From Eledone cirrhosa (taxonomy: Eukaryota): a stretch of 64,000 nucleotides of DNA. The notes beneath the pieces were generated by a model. It was not told where the DNA came from. It searched no databases and saw nothing but the letters and a program-made list of their open reading frames with translations. Numbering within the stretch: position 1 is the stretch's first letter; each line of letters starts with the position of its first letter. Of this stretch, positions 32,815-46,454 are shown piece by piece. Where the stretch lies: the NCBI GenBank assembly GCA_964016885.1, contig OZ024743.1:274970001-275034000 (forward strand), read 5' to 3'. The translations under genes and the position numbers were made by a program.

Positions 32815-33502
32815 ACGTATGAATATATGTGTATGTGATGTGTGTGTGCGTATATATATATATATATTGTTTAGGCAATATTAACTGATGTATGATTGTA
32901 TTTCAGCTCTTAATATTTATAATTTTAGTAGAATTAACTTATGAACCTAACGAGGAGCTATTTTTAGCATTCCTGTTGGCCCGCCCATAAACTTCTGCTT
33001 AAGCGGCATTTACATACGAGTTCAGAATCTGTGTTTTTACTGCATGGCCGATGGCAGAGCTATGTGTTTATAGTAAGATGTTGCCTACTGATGATGAGTC
33101 AAACATCTTAATGATGGCTGTTATCTAATAATTGTTTCTACTTTTGGGCACAAGGCCAGCAATTACACAGTGCATTACTGGTACTTTATTTTATCGACCC
33201 CGTAAGGATGAAAGGCAAAGTTAACCTCGGCGGGATTTGAACTCAGAATGGCAAGGGATGTAACTCTATGCGTCAAAGCACGGCGTCCGACCTTCTACCG
33301 ATACTGCCAATCCACCGCCCTGTTATCTAATAATGGTAATTGGCACTATTACTTGTCGGATCGAAACAGCTGTATAAGCCTTAGGAATTGGTTTTTACCA
33401 TCCTCGTGTAAGTTCATTGCTTACTTTACCGCTTTTCTTGTGCCTTTATATCTATAGGTCTTGGATACATTTTGTTTTGGCAATATTAACTGATGTAATA
33501 TT

Positions 33503-33583
<81 letters not shown>

Positions 33584-33812
33584 ACAATCACACGCACACA
33601 CATATATATATATATCTGTATATATATGTGTCTATTTTCCACGGGTTGTCACTCTATGAAACAATTCAATCAGGTGACCATGTCTTGCTCATGCTGATCC
33701 CTATGTTGAGTCAAAAACAACTGTCTGGTGAAACAGTCCTCGATCCATGTTACTAAGATTCGTAGATTGAAATAACGGAAACCGATTACTAATATACCTC
33801 ACACACACACAC

Positions 33813-33879
<67 letters not shown>

Positions 33880-34271
33880 TACTGTTTCGGTCTTGTTGAG
33901 ATCGTCATTAGAAACTATCTACAGCTCTCACAATCCTATATGAATCTAAAGGCTATATATACCCATCAACTGTGGCAATAATAGAGAAACAGATGTATTA
34001 ATTGCATAATCTAAACGTTTGCGGTAGTAACACACACATATACACATGCGCGTACACACACACACTCACACACACACGTCCACTCAAAATATACAATGTT
34101 TATCTTCCTTTCAAAACCTCTCTAATAAGTAAGATATCCACTGACCAGCATTACCTCAAGATCACTCACTGAGCATACATGTTCTTTGTCTGCAAAATAT
34201 TTTTTTCCTTTCCTGCCTCTTCTTACTCTCTATCTTTCTATCTCATCTTTTATCTTTTATATTCATTCTAT

Positions 34272-34305
34272 CTTCTGATGAAGGACTAGTGTCAGAAACG
34301 TAAAG
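34272..34305 (+). ncRNA. Minimal hammerhead motif in a PLE 3' end
   Basis: ctt CTGATGA aggac-tagt-gtca GAAA cg TA aag. Confidence 0.6.
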
Positions 34306-34559
34306 GTATCTTTTCAAGTATTAAACAATTATATTTATTCATTGTACTATGTTGACTTCTTCGTTATTTCTGTTTGCGTTTCGCATTCTCTAACACACAC
34401 ACACACACACACAGATATATATATGTATAATAATAATTGTTTTTACTTTTGTCACAAAGCCAGCAATTACCCCAGTGCATTACTGGTACTTTATTTTATC
34501 GACCCCGTAAGGATGAAAGGCAAAGTTAACCAATTATACTGAAAATAGAAATACAACAT

Positions 34560-35450
34560 CAAAATCAAACAGGTCACGCATTAGAAAATATATTTGGTAT
34601 AACCCCATATTTAACACCTCTATTGGTACCAACCTACCCTCTACCTTCTTTAGAATAATAAATAAGCACTTTCCAGATTCACATAGATACAGCAACATCC
34701 TTAACACTAAATCTATTAGACTATTTTACTCCACTGCACCAAACAGAGAGGCACACATTAAGATGCTTAACGCTAAAAAGATACGTAACAACACCGGAAC
34801 ACAAATTTATAACAATAACAATACAATTACCATCGACCACAACACAATATCTAATACACAACCACCCACTAGAAGGCAAACAAAGCATAACACACTTGTA
34901 CAGGCATCGCAGCCCGCCAATAATGCCAAAGTTTCCCATGAAAAGAATTGTAATTGCCACCTACCTGAAAGTTGTCCATTGCATAATGAATGTATGCAGT
35001 CTGACCTGGTTTACCAATGCACGGTCGAATCAGACAACCAGAAATGGTTTTATATCGAAGCGACTGGGAATACATTTAAAGCTGATTGGTATACACATTG
35101 TTACGCAATGAAACATTCCCAGCATCGTTATGTAACTACCCTTGCGAACAAGACCTAGCAACTGAGGGAAAGTAACCATCAATACACCCTGAAGTGGAAG
35201 AAACTATCGAACGCGCCTGCATATCGGAGTGGTATGAGAAGCTGTCGGTTATGTGACCTTGAACTGTTCCACATTTTGAGTTCGAAGAATAAGTTACTCA
35301 ACAATAAAATCGAAAGATATCCACTGTCCAGCATTACCTCAAGATCACTCACTGAGCATACATGTTCTTTGTCTGCAAAATATTTTTTTCCTTTCCTGCC
35401 TCTTCTCACTCTCTATCTGTCTATCTCATCTTTTATCTTTTATATTTATT
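34560..35450 (+). pseudogene. PLE (Naiad-like) 3' fragment with GIY-YIG endonuclease
   Basis: FFRIINKHFP..CNCHLPESCPL..C..LVYQCTV..FYIEATGNTFK..CRLCDLE; 35314-35450 is duplicated at 34131-34265. Confidence 0.8.
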
Positions 35451-35751
35451 GCAACCATAGACTTAAAGAAAAATGTTCGCACTACAAGTACAAATCGAAC
35501 ACTTAACCTCTTACTACCACCTGACAAACTGCATATACTTAGACTTTCTACCCTCTTATTGAATCTAACCCCTTTAATTACCAACAGTAACCAATATTTA
35601 TGTCCCTCTCTCCTCCTTCATTCCTTTTCGCTTTTTTCGTTTTCTTCTTTTCTTCTCTCCTCTTTTTTTGTTCTCTTTTCTTTTCTTCTTTTTTTTCTCT
35701 TCCCTCTTTTTTATATATATATATTTATCTCTCTATATCTCCCCCTCTCTA

Positions 35752-35803
<52 letters not shown>

Positions 35804-35822
35804 CCACTATATATATATATAT

Positions 35823-36125
35823 ACAATATGTTGAAAAGGTAACACACTAGAGAGAGATAGTGCGCCATCAATAAAACAGGGAAACCACCAGTGTATGGAA
35901 TATATAACCCATGGAAGGCAGGGCAGACACACAATAATTAAAAATATAAATTAAAATGTGTATACGTACCTCTATAACTATACAACACACACGTACAAAT
36001 CCAAAGAGATCTGTTTCGCCAAGAATTTGTTGACTGAAATGGAATAGCCCATGGTTCATCAGCGTGTTTTTATTGATGGCGCACTATCTCTCTCTAGTGT
36101 GTTACCTTTTCAACATATTGTATTT
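35823..36125. mobile_element. Small head-to-head fold-back with HHR-like motif at ~36000-36063 (-)
   Basis: 35823-35878 mirrors 36066-36120; minus strand CTGATGA acca..tggc GAAA cagatc TC. Confidence 0.6.
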
Positions 36126-36203
36126 TAAAGAACTCAGGATTCCTTCTCTTTCGAGAACATTATTGACAGGGAATAGCGAGAGTCTATGGCTCCGTTAATT
36201 TGT

Positions 36204-36284
<81 letters not shown>

Positions 36285-36949
36285 ATTTGTCGTGATATAT
36301 ATATATATATATATATTTACATTGTGTTTTCCCCTTCAAATACTTCTTTATATATTCTCTATATATTTTTTATATATATATTTTTATCTTTATTCTTATT
36401 TTCACTTTTATCCTCCTTTATATTTTACCTTATTGTTACTTTTATACCTTATTATAGTGTAATCTTCCCCATGCCTTATTATACATTATTAATTATAGAT
36501 CTGAGTTCAAATCCCGCCGAGGTTGACTTTGCCTTTCATCCTTACGGGGTCGATAAAATAAAGTACCAGTAATGCACTGGGTAATTGCTGGCCTTATGCC
36601 TAAAGTAGAAACAATTAATTATAGATTATTATTATTACTCTTTTTCCATTTCTAATTACCTCATGTACTTTCTCCTCCGTTTTATATATATATTGTATAC
36701 CCTTTGTGTGTGTGTAGCCTCTGCACACCCTCTGCACCCTACTATCGACGCCACCCCATCTATGGTTCAGCTAACCACTCGACTCCCGGGAATGAATATG
36801 ACCGCAGCTAGTAAACAAGGACCCACACCCCACCCTCCCGCACCAAAATTAGACTTATCGTCCCCTACTTTTGCTCTTTACTTTCTTTACTCTTTGTTCT
36901 TGAACGTTTGGTTGGTAGAGTCCATAACACCAATCAAACCCCTTTTATA

Positions 36950-36994
36950 GCTCTGACGAATCCTACGGTTACGTAAGGAAGAAACATTGTAAGC
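36950..36994 (+). ncRNA. Minimal type I hammerhead ribozyme
   Basis: gct CTGACGA atcctacg-gtta-cgtaaggaa GAAA cattg TA agc; paralog of 6260-6304. Confidence 0.8.
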
Positions 36995-37060
36995 CAATAA
37001 AAATCTTTTGATGTTGTAGACGCTCTTGTGTTCTTTATCATATATATATATATATATATA

Positions 37061-37242
37061 GTAGTCTGCCGGTATTCGCGAGGGTTACGTTCATGGAGCG
37101 CCCGTGAAGAGTGAAAACCCGCGAATATTGGACGTGGTTCATAAAATGCCTATAAACTTTAAAAAAAAACATAAAATATAATTTAAAAACAAGAGGAAGT
37201 GTCTTATACAAAGAGGCGTCCAATAGGCCGGCAAATACGGTA
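37061..37242. mobile_element. Possible Tigger/pogo-like MITE remnant
   Basis: Starts with gtagtc..tattcgcgagggttacgttc..ccgcgaat after TA, resembling Tigger termini. Confidence 0.35.
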
Positions 37243-38653
37243 TATTGTTATTAATAATTTAGCGTTAGAAAAATATATATTGCCACGAAAGAAACCATAA
37301 AAAATTGCAGAAGTTATTTATATATATGTATATATATATATCAGATAGAGTGTGGTAAAAAAACCAGGTGAACTATAACGCACCAGAGTACTCGATACTT
37401 GTGGTAGTAGAGTGGGTAATATGAAAAGATTCAGGACCCCGATTATTAACGATTGATATAGTAGGAAAAGAGTCTTAACCTTTCGGACGTAAGCCCTTTA
37501 TTGGAAGTGAGAGACAAATTGACAGAGAGAGAGTGGGTGTGGAATGTAACTAGTTAAAACTAGTATTCAACTTATTAATCCATAGTTAAGGGAAGCAGAT
37601 TGTTGATATTATTATAAGGCCGGTGGATTGGCAGTATCGGTAGAGCGTCAGACACCATGCTTTGCAGCATAGAGTTATGGCCCTTTACGTTCTGAGCTTT
37701 GCCTTTCATCCTTAAGGGGTCGGTAAAATAAAGTACCAGTAATGTACTGGGGTAATTGCTGGCCTTGTACCAAAAGTAGAAATAATTATTATAGGATAGT
37801 ATGCCCAACGGTGAAGCTGTGAAGCTTAAACTATCGATATGGTGCAAGATTAACCGTTCGGCATTTTATCATATTATAATATATATGTTTGGATGTTTGG
37901 GTTAAGGGGACTTGGACTGCGCCCATACTGGGGTTCTTCCTTGATTTAATCATATCGACCTCAGTATTTATTGTTTTAAATCTGGTACTTTTAAATCTAG
38001 TACTCTTTTTTTTGTTGAACCACTATGTTATGGAACATAAACGCAGAGTCAAATACAAACGTAGACATAACATATAATTATGTATATATGTAACCTAGTT
38101 GTTACGTCTTGAACTCAGGAACCAAAGGTCGTGAGTGCGATTCTTGAATAAAATAATTCATTTCACGTCACCCTTTCTGCCAGGAGCTGCAACCGGCAGA
38201 TAGTATCATCGATGGAAACACCTACGAATATATATATATATATATATATTCTCTCTCTCGTCTGCGACTTCACAAAACTTATGTTTACCGAATTCGCAGA
38301 CCAGACCCCTTCTTCTTCCCCCCGTTAGACCTGTGCGAAATTCCTTCCTTGCTCACATTTCAACCAGGTTTGATGGTCTTTATTCTCTCGTTCACGATTT
38401 CACCGAGTTTATATTCATAGAAATCTGGGACTTGTCTCTTTCTTCTCACTTTCTGTTGCTTAAACCATTTTGTTTGTTCACCCTAACGTCCCCTTTATTT
38501 ACGTGTCCCAACGACTTTTTTTAACCGTTGTTCGCACCAACCTGAGGTATAGGGCCCTTAAAGCGATGAAATGCCTAGGACGGTTGGAGGGCCACTGATG
38601 AAGGACTTACTTTTTCATATGTAACCCATTTGCAACGCCGCAGCTCCATTATT

Positions 38654-38739
<86 letters not shown>

Positions 38740-38740
<1 letters not shown>

Positions 38741-41700
38741 AAAAATTGAACGGGAACAAAGTACGAACAAAGGTTTATTAGTTTCACGGTCTTGAGAGTG
38801 GGGTGGTGGTGGGGAACGACGTTTCGGGCATAAGCACTTCGTCAGGTGAAAAGTGTGTGGGAAGAGAGTTCCAAGGGTGTGTAGGGGAGTGGTGGAGAGA
38901 CATATAGAAAAAAGGGGGTGAGAGGAAACGGTGCAAATGAAATTAAAAATAAAGGCATGATCAAAATAAAATTAAAAATACACATGGGGTGAAACAGGTG
39001 GTGGAAGGGTGTGGGGCGTGTAGGGGTGGTGGCGGGTCGAGTCGCGAGAGGGAGACGGTGTGTCCGAGCGGGGAGGGCTGAAGGTGGTGTGTGTGTAGGT
39101 GTACGTCTGTGTGTGTGTGTGTATGTGAAAGCAAGGGTTGGGGGAACAACGGGGTTGCATGTTCAGGAAGAGGTGTGTGTGGGGTGGGGTGTAGGTCGGA
39201 GTGTGTGTGCGTGTGTGGATAGAGGGGTGGGGGGAGGAGAGGATTCCGGAGGCTGAATATGTAAATATGTGGTGGTACGCACGTGTGTGTGTGGTGTTTA
39301 TGCGTGTTGTGGATGTAGGTGGCGTGTGGGGAAAAAAATTTGTTTGGGGTGTATGTCCGGGGGTGAGTCGTAAAGGTAATTCCGTAAAAGGATGTGGTGG
39401 AATGCTGAGTAAAATCCTTGGGATGCGGTAGATTCTCGGGATCAAGGTTCACATATGTGTAATCCGTGAAGAGATTGGTCGGAAGAGGGGAGTTGTGGGG
39501 TGCGCGCGCAACAGGAAGTGGTCAGAGGGTCAAGGCAGGAGGAGGGTTGTGTGTCTGTGTGTGCGGGGAGGTGGTCAGAGAGGCATAGCAGCAGTAGGGT
39601 AGAATGGTAAGTGAAGAAAGTCGGTGTGTCAGTGTGTGCGGAGGTGCGGTGGGCTGGGGAGAGGATGGGTAGGTGTGAAAGTTGGAGCGATGAGGGAGTG
39701 TGTGTGTATTAGTAGAGGTGTTAGTGGGATGTGTGTGTGTTTGAGAAAGGGTGTGGGTGGAGCGGGGAGAGAAGGGCGTGGGGGCCGATAGAGGGAGTGT
39801 AGTGTACTGGTGATGTGTAGGTGGTAGTAGTAGTAGTGGTATGTGTAGGTGGTAGTAGTAGTATGTCTAGGTGGTAGTAGTAGTATGTGTAGGTGGTAGT
39901 AGTAGTGGTATGTGTAGGTGGTAGTAGTAGTATGTGTAGGTGGTAGTAGTAGTAGTGGTATGTGTAGGTGGTAGTAGTAGTAGTGGTGTTAGTGATGTTA
40001 GTTGCGTGTAGAGTGGGTGGTGTAAGTGGGTGTGTGTGTTCGTGTGCTTAGGGTCAGGGGGTGTTAGTGATGTTAGTTGCGGAGTGGTGGGGTGGATGTG
40101 TGGGGGTGAGGGTTAGTGGTGGTAGTAGGGTGTGTGTTTAGTGTGAGCGCGTGTATATATGTACCGGTGGGTGTGTGCGTGTGATAAGGAGGGAGGAGGA
40201 GAAGAAGGGAGGGATGTTAGTATGTTAGTTGGGGAAGGGTAGTCAGATGTGGGGTGGAGGTGCTAGTATTGTTAGTTGTGGGGTGGGCGGTCAAAAGGAG
40301 GGGTGTGTTAGTGGTGTTAGTGGGGATATGTGTGGGGGGAGGGGGCGGTCGAAGGCTAAAGGAATAAGGGTGGGGAGTTCAGGCCGGGGGGAGTGTGGGT
40401 CTGTAGGGTGAAGATGGTTCGTTGTTCGACCCTGAGGAAAGTGGCGGGTGTTCCGTGGCATTGGAGTAGGCCACAGACTGTGAGGTGGTGTGCGGAATGT
40501 CCAGGGGCACCAAAGTGGCGGGCGATGGGGGAACTACCACTGAGACGAATATCCCGGAGGTGTTCAGTAAACCTGTCCGCCAGGCGACGTCCAGTCTGTC
40601 CGACGTAAGTCGCGTAGTCCGTAGACTAGGTTGGAGGAGGTGCAGCGGAAGGCATGCCGGACAGAGAGAGAGTGGCCGTTTGGACCCTGGAAGGTGGTGG
40701 TGTTGGTGATGTGGGGACAGGTGTTGCAGCGGGGCCTAGAACAGGGAAAGGAACCGGGGGAAAAGAGAGCGTGGGTTGAGGGTAGGGAGCTGTGGACGAG
40801 GAGGGTGCGGAGATTGCGTGCGCGTTTGAAGGAGGGGAGGGGTGGGGCTGGGAAGATGTGGGAGGTGGAGGGGTCGGACTGGAGGCGTCGGAAGAGGCGG
40901 AGGATGGTGCAGTAGAGGCTTATGATGGAGGGGTGGTAGGTGATGGGGAATGAGAGATGGTGGGTGGGTGTGCGGTGGCGTGGGGTGAGGGTGGTGGAGC
41001 GGTGGACAGCACGGGCGCGGGTGAGAGCGGTGTAGACGAGAGAGGGGGTAACCTCTGTGGATGAAATGGCTGACTAGGGAAAGGGCCTGGGACTCAAAGT
41101 CAGCATCTCGGCTACAGAGGCGGCGGATCCTGAGGAGTTGGGAGTAGGGAATAGAGTGTTTAGTGTGTGTGGGGTGGGAAGAGGTGAAGTCGAGGTAGGA
41201 GTGGGAGTCGGTGGGTTTGAAGAAGGCGGAGGTGACGAGGGAGTGGTGGGAGGGGTCGAAGGCGACGGAGATGTCTAAGAAGTGGACGTGGGTGGTGGAG
41301 ATAGAGGTGGTGAAGTGGAGGGAGGGGTGGAAGAAGCAGAAGAAGGAGAGAAAGGAGTCGAGCTGTTCTCGGGCGAGGGTCGTGGCTCCGATACAGTCGT
41401 TGATGTAACGACCGTACAGTTCGGGCGTGGGGCCGGTGTACTGGGCATCAACATGGCCAACAAAAAGGTTGGCATAGTTTGGGCCCATTCTTGTACCCAT
41501 GGCTACCACCGTGACCTGTTGGTAAAACTCACCCGAGAAGGAGAAACATTTGAGTGTGAGGACCAGCTCGGCGAGGCGAAGGAGGGTGGGGTGGAGGGCA
41601 TGGGGGAGGGGCGAAGGTCGAGGTAGTGTTTGAGGGCGCGTAGGCCGTCGGCGTTGGGGATGACGGTATAGAGGGACTTGATGTCTAGGGTGAAGAGGAA

Positions 41701-43530
41701 GGGCTGTGGGCTGGGTGAGTAGGTGAAGGAGTCGAAAAGGCGCAGGGCGTGGTTGGTGTCGGAGATGTAGGAGGGGAGGGTGGTGACAAGGGGGGCGAGG
41801 ATGGAGTCGAGAAAGGCGGAGATGAGTTGCAAGCGGAGACGATGGGGCGGCCGGGGTTGTCGGGTTTGTGGAGTTTGGGGAGGAAGTAGATGGTGGGGTG
41901 CGGGGGATGCGGACGATGAGGTGGGAAGAGGTGGGGGGAGGGAGGAGAGGACAAGGTGTTGGATGGTGGAGTAAACAAGGTGTTGGATGGTGGAGGAAAC
42001 TTGTTGTTGGTAGAGGGGTGTGGGATCGGATGGTAGAGGGCGGTAGAAGAAGGGGTTACGGAGCTGCCTGAGGGCTTCGGCCGTGTAGAGGTCCGCGCGC
42101 CGCACCACCACGGCGCCTCCCTTGTCCGCCGGTTTGATGACGATGTCATCTCGGATACGGAGGGAGCGGAGAGCGAGGAGTTCGCCCCGTGTGATGTTAT
42201 TCCGTTTGGAACGGTGGCGGAAGTCGAAACGATTTACGGCGCTACGGCTGGCATCGACGAACGCGTCCAGGGTGCTAAATTGCCCTGGGGCCGGCGTCCA
42301 AGAAGATGGTTGTCGGCCCAGGGCGAGAAACGGGTCTGGGGCGTTCGGAGCCGGTGGCGTTCGGCCGAAATGTGCCTGTAGCTACGTGCGTCGCACGAAT
42401 CGCTCGACTTCCGTTCGAGTGCGGAACTCGTCGCTGTGTGGAGTGTGGGGTATGAAGCGAAGGCCTCTACTAAGGAGTGAGCGCTCAGGTGCGGAGAGGG
42501 GGAGGTCAGGGGGTATGGTGACAACAAGTTGTGGGGTTTGGGTGTGTGAGGGGGAAGGGGGTAGAGATTGGGTAGGGGTGTGGATCGAGGGAGGGGTGGA
42601 GAGTGGTGGGGATGGGTGTGGGGGGCTCATAGGGATGGGCGGGTGGTGGTGGATGGGTGTGGTTGGGAAGAGTGAGTGTAGCTTACGGGCTTTGGTGGAG
42701 GTGAGGAAGGAGAAGAGGTCGTGGTTGAGGTTTTGGATGAAGAGGAGGATGGCGTGGGCGAGGAGGGGGTGGCAGGTGGAGTTAAGGCGGAGGAGGGTGG
42801 TGGTCAGTTGGTGGTCAAGTTTGCGGAGGGTGGAGCGGGAGGCGCGGATGGAGTTGCGCATTAGGAGGCGTGAGGATCGGGTGAGGATACGTTGGGTGGA
42901 GGGGGAAGCGGGGGGGAGTGGAAGTGTAGACGGAAGCCGAGGGGGATAAGGTGGAGGCGGAGGCAGTGGCTGAGGAAATGGATGTGGCTGGAGTGCCGGG
43001 TTTTGGCGAAGAGAAGGTAGGAGAGTTGAAGGGCAGAGGGGAGATAGCAGGGTGGGAGGAGGGGGGTGAGGAAAAGTTTGAGGCTAGTGTGTAGTTAGTG
43101 GAGCAAGGATCTCAGGCTGGGCATGGTGGGCGTTGGGTGAAAGCAGGGGGAGGAATGAGAGAGCAGGTGTGTGAAGCGGGGTGGTGTTGAACGAAGGAGT
43201 GAATGCGAAGGATAGGCAAAGACGGGGAAGGGAAAATGAAACAGAAAAAACGTAAGGAGGGGAGAGTATACACAGGAAAATCATAGACAAAAAATCATAA
43301 ACGTAAAAACACAGGCAATCGTGGACAAAAAATCATAGAAAGAAATAAAATCGTAAAAACACAGGCAATCATGTACAAAAAATCATAGACAGAAATAAAC
43401 AAGTACAGTAAATAAATCAAACAAAGGTAATGCAAAGAAAGGAAAAAACAAGTGTGGGAAGGTGTGTGGAAAGTTCAGAGAGTGGTCACGGCGGATTAGA
43501 TCGGGGTTCAGCCGGTAGTCAAGGTATATT
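38740..43530 (-). mobile_element. Near full-length PLE (Neptune-like), frameshifted, with 3' pLTR and HHR at 38816-38848
   Basis: LSRGLRFIP, IYFLPKLHK..GRPIVS, TLDIKSLYTVIP, MGTRMGPNYANL, RYINDC, KPTDSHSYL, CSRPRCNTC, YVGQTGRRLADRFTEH; CTGACGA agtgc-ttat-gccc GAAA cg TC; flanked by (TA)n. Confidence 0.9.
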
Positions 43531-43552
43531 CCAATATATATATATATATATA

Positions 43553-44584
43553 TATGGATGTATATATAATGTATTTTGCAATACACTTTATGCTTAATTA
43601 AAAGCATTTTGAAGACCGTAAGCTATTGTTTTAAAGTAGTGACAAATTCACTCACTTTGATCTCAGCAAACAGGGGAGATAAGCCGACAAGACTTGTTTC
43701 GCTTTGGTTGAAGCTTATCAAGGCCAACTACCCCACCTGTCTGCTGAGATCATTGATGTTATATTCTTATAGAAATCTAGTAAATAATCAGGAGCTGATT
43801 ATGCAGAGCGGTTGTTGGTCAGGCAGAAATTAAAAATTAGAATTGGAGCTCTGAAATAGCAATATATATATGGATGTATATATAATGGATTTTGCAATAC
43901 ACTTTATGCGTAATTAAAAGCATTTTGAAGACCGTAAGCTATTGTTTTAAAGTAGTGACAAATTCACTCATTTTGATCTCAGCATAATCAGCTCCTGATT
44001 ATTTACTAGATTTCTATAAGAATATAACATCAATGATCTCAGCAGACAGGTGGGGTAGTTGGCCTTGATAAGCTTCAACCAAAGCGAAACAAGTCTTGTC
44101 GGCTTATCTCCCCTGTTTGCTGGGATCAAAGTGAGTGAATTTGTCACTACTTTAAAACAATAGCTTACGGTCTTCAAAATGCTTTTAATTAAGCATAAAG
44201 TGTATTGCAAAATCCATTATATATACATCCATATATATATTGCTATTTCAGAGCTCCAATTCTAATTTTTAATTTCTGCCTGGCCAACAACCGCTCTGCA
44301 TAATCAGCTCCTGATGATTTACTAGATTTCTATAAGAATATAACATCAATGATCTCAGCAGACAGGTGAGGTAGTTGGCCTTGATAAGCTTCAACCAAAG
44401 CGAAACAAGTCTTGTCGGCTTATCTCCCCTGTTTGCTGAGATCAAAGTGAGTGAATTTGTCACTACTTTAAAACAATAGCTTACGGTCTTCAAAATGCTT
44501 TTAATTAAGCATAAAGTGTATTGCAAAATACATTATATATACATCCATATATATATTGCTATTTCAGAGCTCCAATTCTAATTT
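43553..44584. mobile_element. 316-bp HHR-containing tandem unit (retrozyme-like), head-to-head 1.3 + 1.9 copies
   Basis: Period 316 (43556/43872; 44061/44377); strand switch at ~43982; flanked by (TA)n. Confidence 0.85.
44061..44104 (+). ncRNA. Type I hammerhead, U3-A8 variant (also 44377-44420 on +, 43682-43725 on -)
   Basis: ggcc TTGATAA gctt-caacca-aagc GAAA caagtcttg TC ggct. Confidence 0.85.
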
Positions 44585-44608
44585 TTATATATATATATAT
44601 ATATGTAT

Positions 44609-44677
<69 letters not shown>

Positions 44678-44681
<4 letters not shown>

Positions 44682-45097
44682 AACAAAAGATGGTTAAAAG
44701 AGTTCCAAGTATTTTATTATGCGCATTTCAAAAACAAATATCATCATACAATAATATTTGTGTTTTCATCAGATAAAACAGGAAGACATGATATGAAGGT
44801 TAAAAAACACTTGTGGATAGTGCAGTTTTAAATCAACATATCATATGTTGATTTAAAACTGCACTATCCACAAGTGTATTTTAACCTTCATATCATGTCT
44901 TCCTGTTTTATCTGATGAAAACACAAATATTATTGCATGATGATATTTGTTTTTGAAATACGCATAATAAAATACATGGAATTCTTTTAACCATCTTTTG
45001 TTCTTATATATTATATATACTCCAGTCCTACAAACTGTAGAGTGCTTCTTATCCGATATCTGCATTGCTTTATGGTACTACAATAAAACTCACCTCC

Positions 45098-45100
<3 letters not shown>
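44678..45100. mobile_element. Head-to-head pLTR fold-back with HHR-like core at 44912
   Basis: 44678-44840 mirrors 44843-45006; same family as 58370-58640. Confidence 0.8.
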
Positions 45101-45161
<61 letters not shown>

Positions 45162-45164
<3 letters not shown>

Positions 45165-45893
45165 AAGGCATGTATTGAGTTAGAAACTCAAAATAGTGTC
45201 ATTACAGTAAATTAGCTCAGGAAAGAGATTTTTCCGAGCCGTATATTATAACTGAACAAAAAAAAAAAAACGAATATAGACATATACATATATGTGTTCA
45301 AATCGTAATGGACCAGAATCGCTAAGGTGAAAAAAATACTTACAGACAATAGGGTTTGCCAGACTCAATTTAAGAATAAATCAAGAAAAATAAATACAAA
45401 CCATAATTGTGGTAACAACCGAACACCCGGACAGTTTTGATAGAACTGTTTCGCAATATTATTTGTGAAAAGGAGTACCAAAGTCCTAAGCTCATCAGCG
45501 GGTGAAGAAATTAGTATCCTGATCACTTCTAAATCTAATAAAAAAAACTGGATGGTGTGTCTATATGTAACGCACATGGTTCCCGAACTTAGAGTGTCTC
45601 GCACACTCACGCCACTAAAAATAACAGCCGAGTTTACTTTACATTTGAATTAGCTTGACGAATTAACGGAGCCGAATATATCAAAGGCATGTATTGAGTT
45701 AGAAACTCAAAATAGTCTCATTACAGTAAATTAGCTCTAGGAAAGAGGTTTTTCCGAGCCGTATAGTATAACTGAACAAAAAAAAAAGAAAAACTAACAC
45801 AGAGTGTACAAATACATCGATTCTGGTCCATTACGATTTGAACAAATATGTGTATGTGTCTCTGTTCGTTTTTCTGTTTTTTTTGTTCAGTTA

Positions 45894-45900
<7 letters not shown>
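45162..45900 (-). mobile_element. 519-bp circularly permuted HHR unit with inverted terminal arm
   Basis: Direct repeat at 45162/45681; 45818-45900 mirrors 45240-45322; flanked by (TA)n. Confidence 0.75.
45425..45503 (-). ncRNA. Type I hammerhead ribozyme with canonical core
   Basis: acccg CTGATGA gc..gc GAAA cagtt-ctatcaa-aactg TC cgggt. Confidence 0.85.
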
Positions 45901-45926
<26 letters not shown>

Positions 45927-45929
<3 letters not shown>

Positions 45930-46454
45930 AGTTTATGTTGGTTGTATACCACCACCTCAGTATGCAGGTTGGAGCACTCGACGAAGTGCGCAGGTTGGTT
46001 TGGTTACTCCGGAGTAGTGTAAAATAAAGTTAAATAAAAGTCAAATGATTAAAATTTAGCTTCGTTTATTACTGCTATATATATTTCAGTGACAGCCATC
46101 TTTGGCTGTGACCTCTTCAGGCAGTTTGAATTAGTATGGTATAGACAAGTACATATGTTGTTTAGGTGTATGATATTGTCAATACTCTGATATGCCCAGT
46201 TCCTTGTTGGGTTGTTAATTCACTGGGGAACTGGAGTCATATGACTCCAGTTCCCCAGTGAATTAACAACCCAACAAGGAACTGGGCATATCAGAGTATT
46301 GACAATATCATACACCTAAACAACATATGTACTTGTCTATACCATACTAATTCAAACTGCCTGAAGAGGTCACAGCCAAAGATGGCTGTCACTGAAATAT
46401 ATATAGCAGTAATAAACGAAGCTAAATTTTAATCATTTGACTTTTATTTAACTT

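Noticed and set aside
33878-33912. Hammerhead-like motif on the minus strand
   Set aside because: The core reads AUGACGA and stem I is poor; at most a decayed copy
42122-42949. 275-aa plus-strand ORF
   Set aside because: Antisense shadow of the strand-skewed PLE ORF
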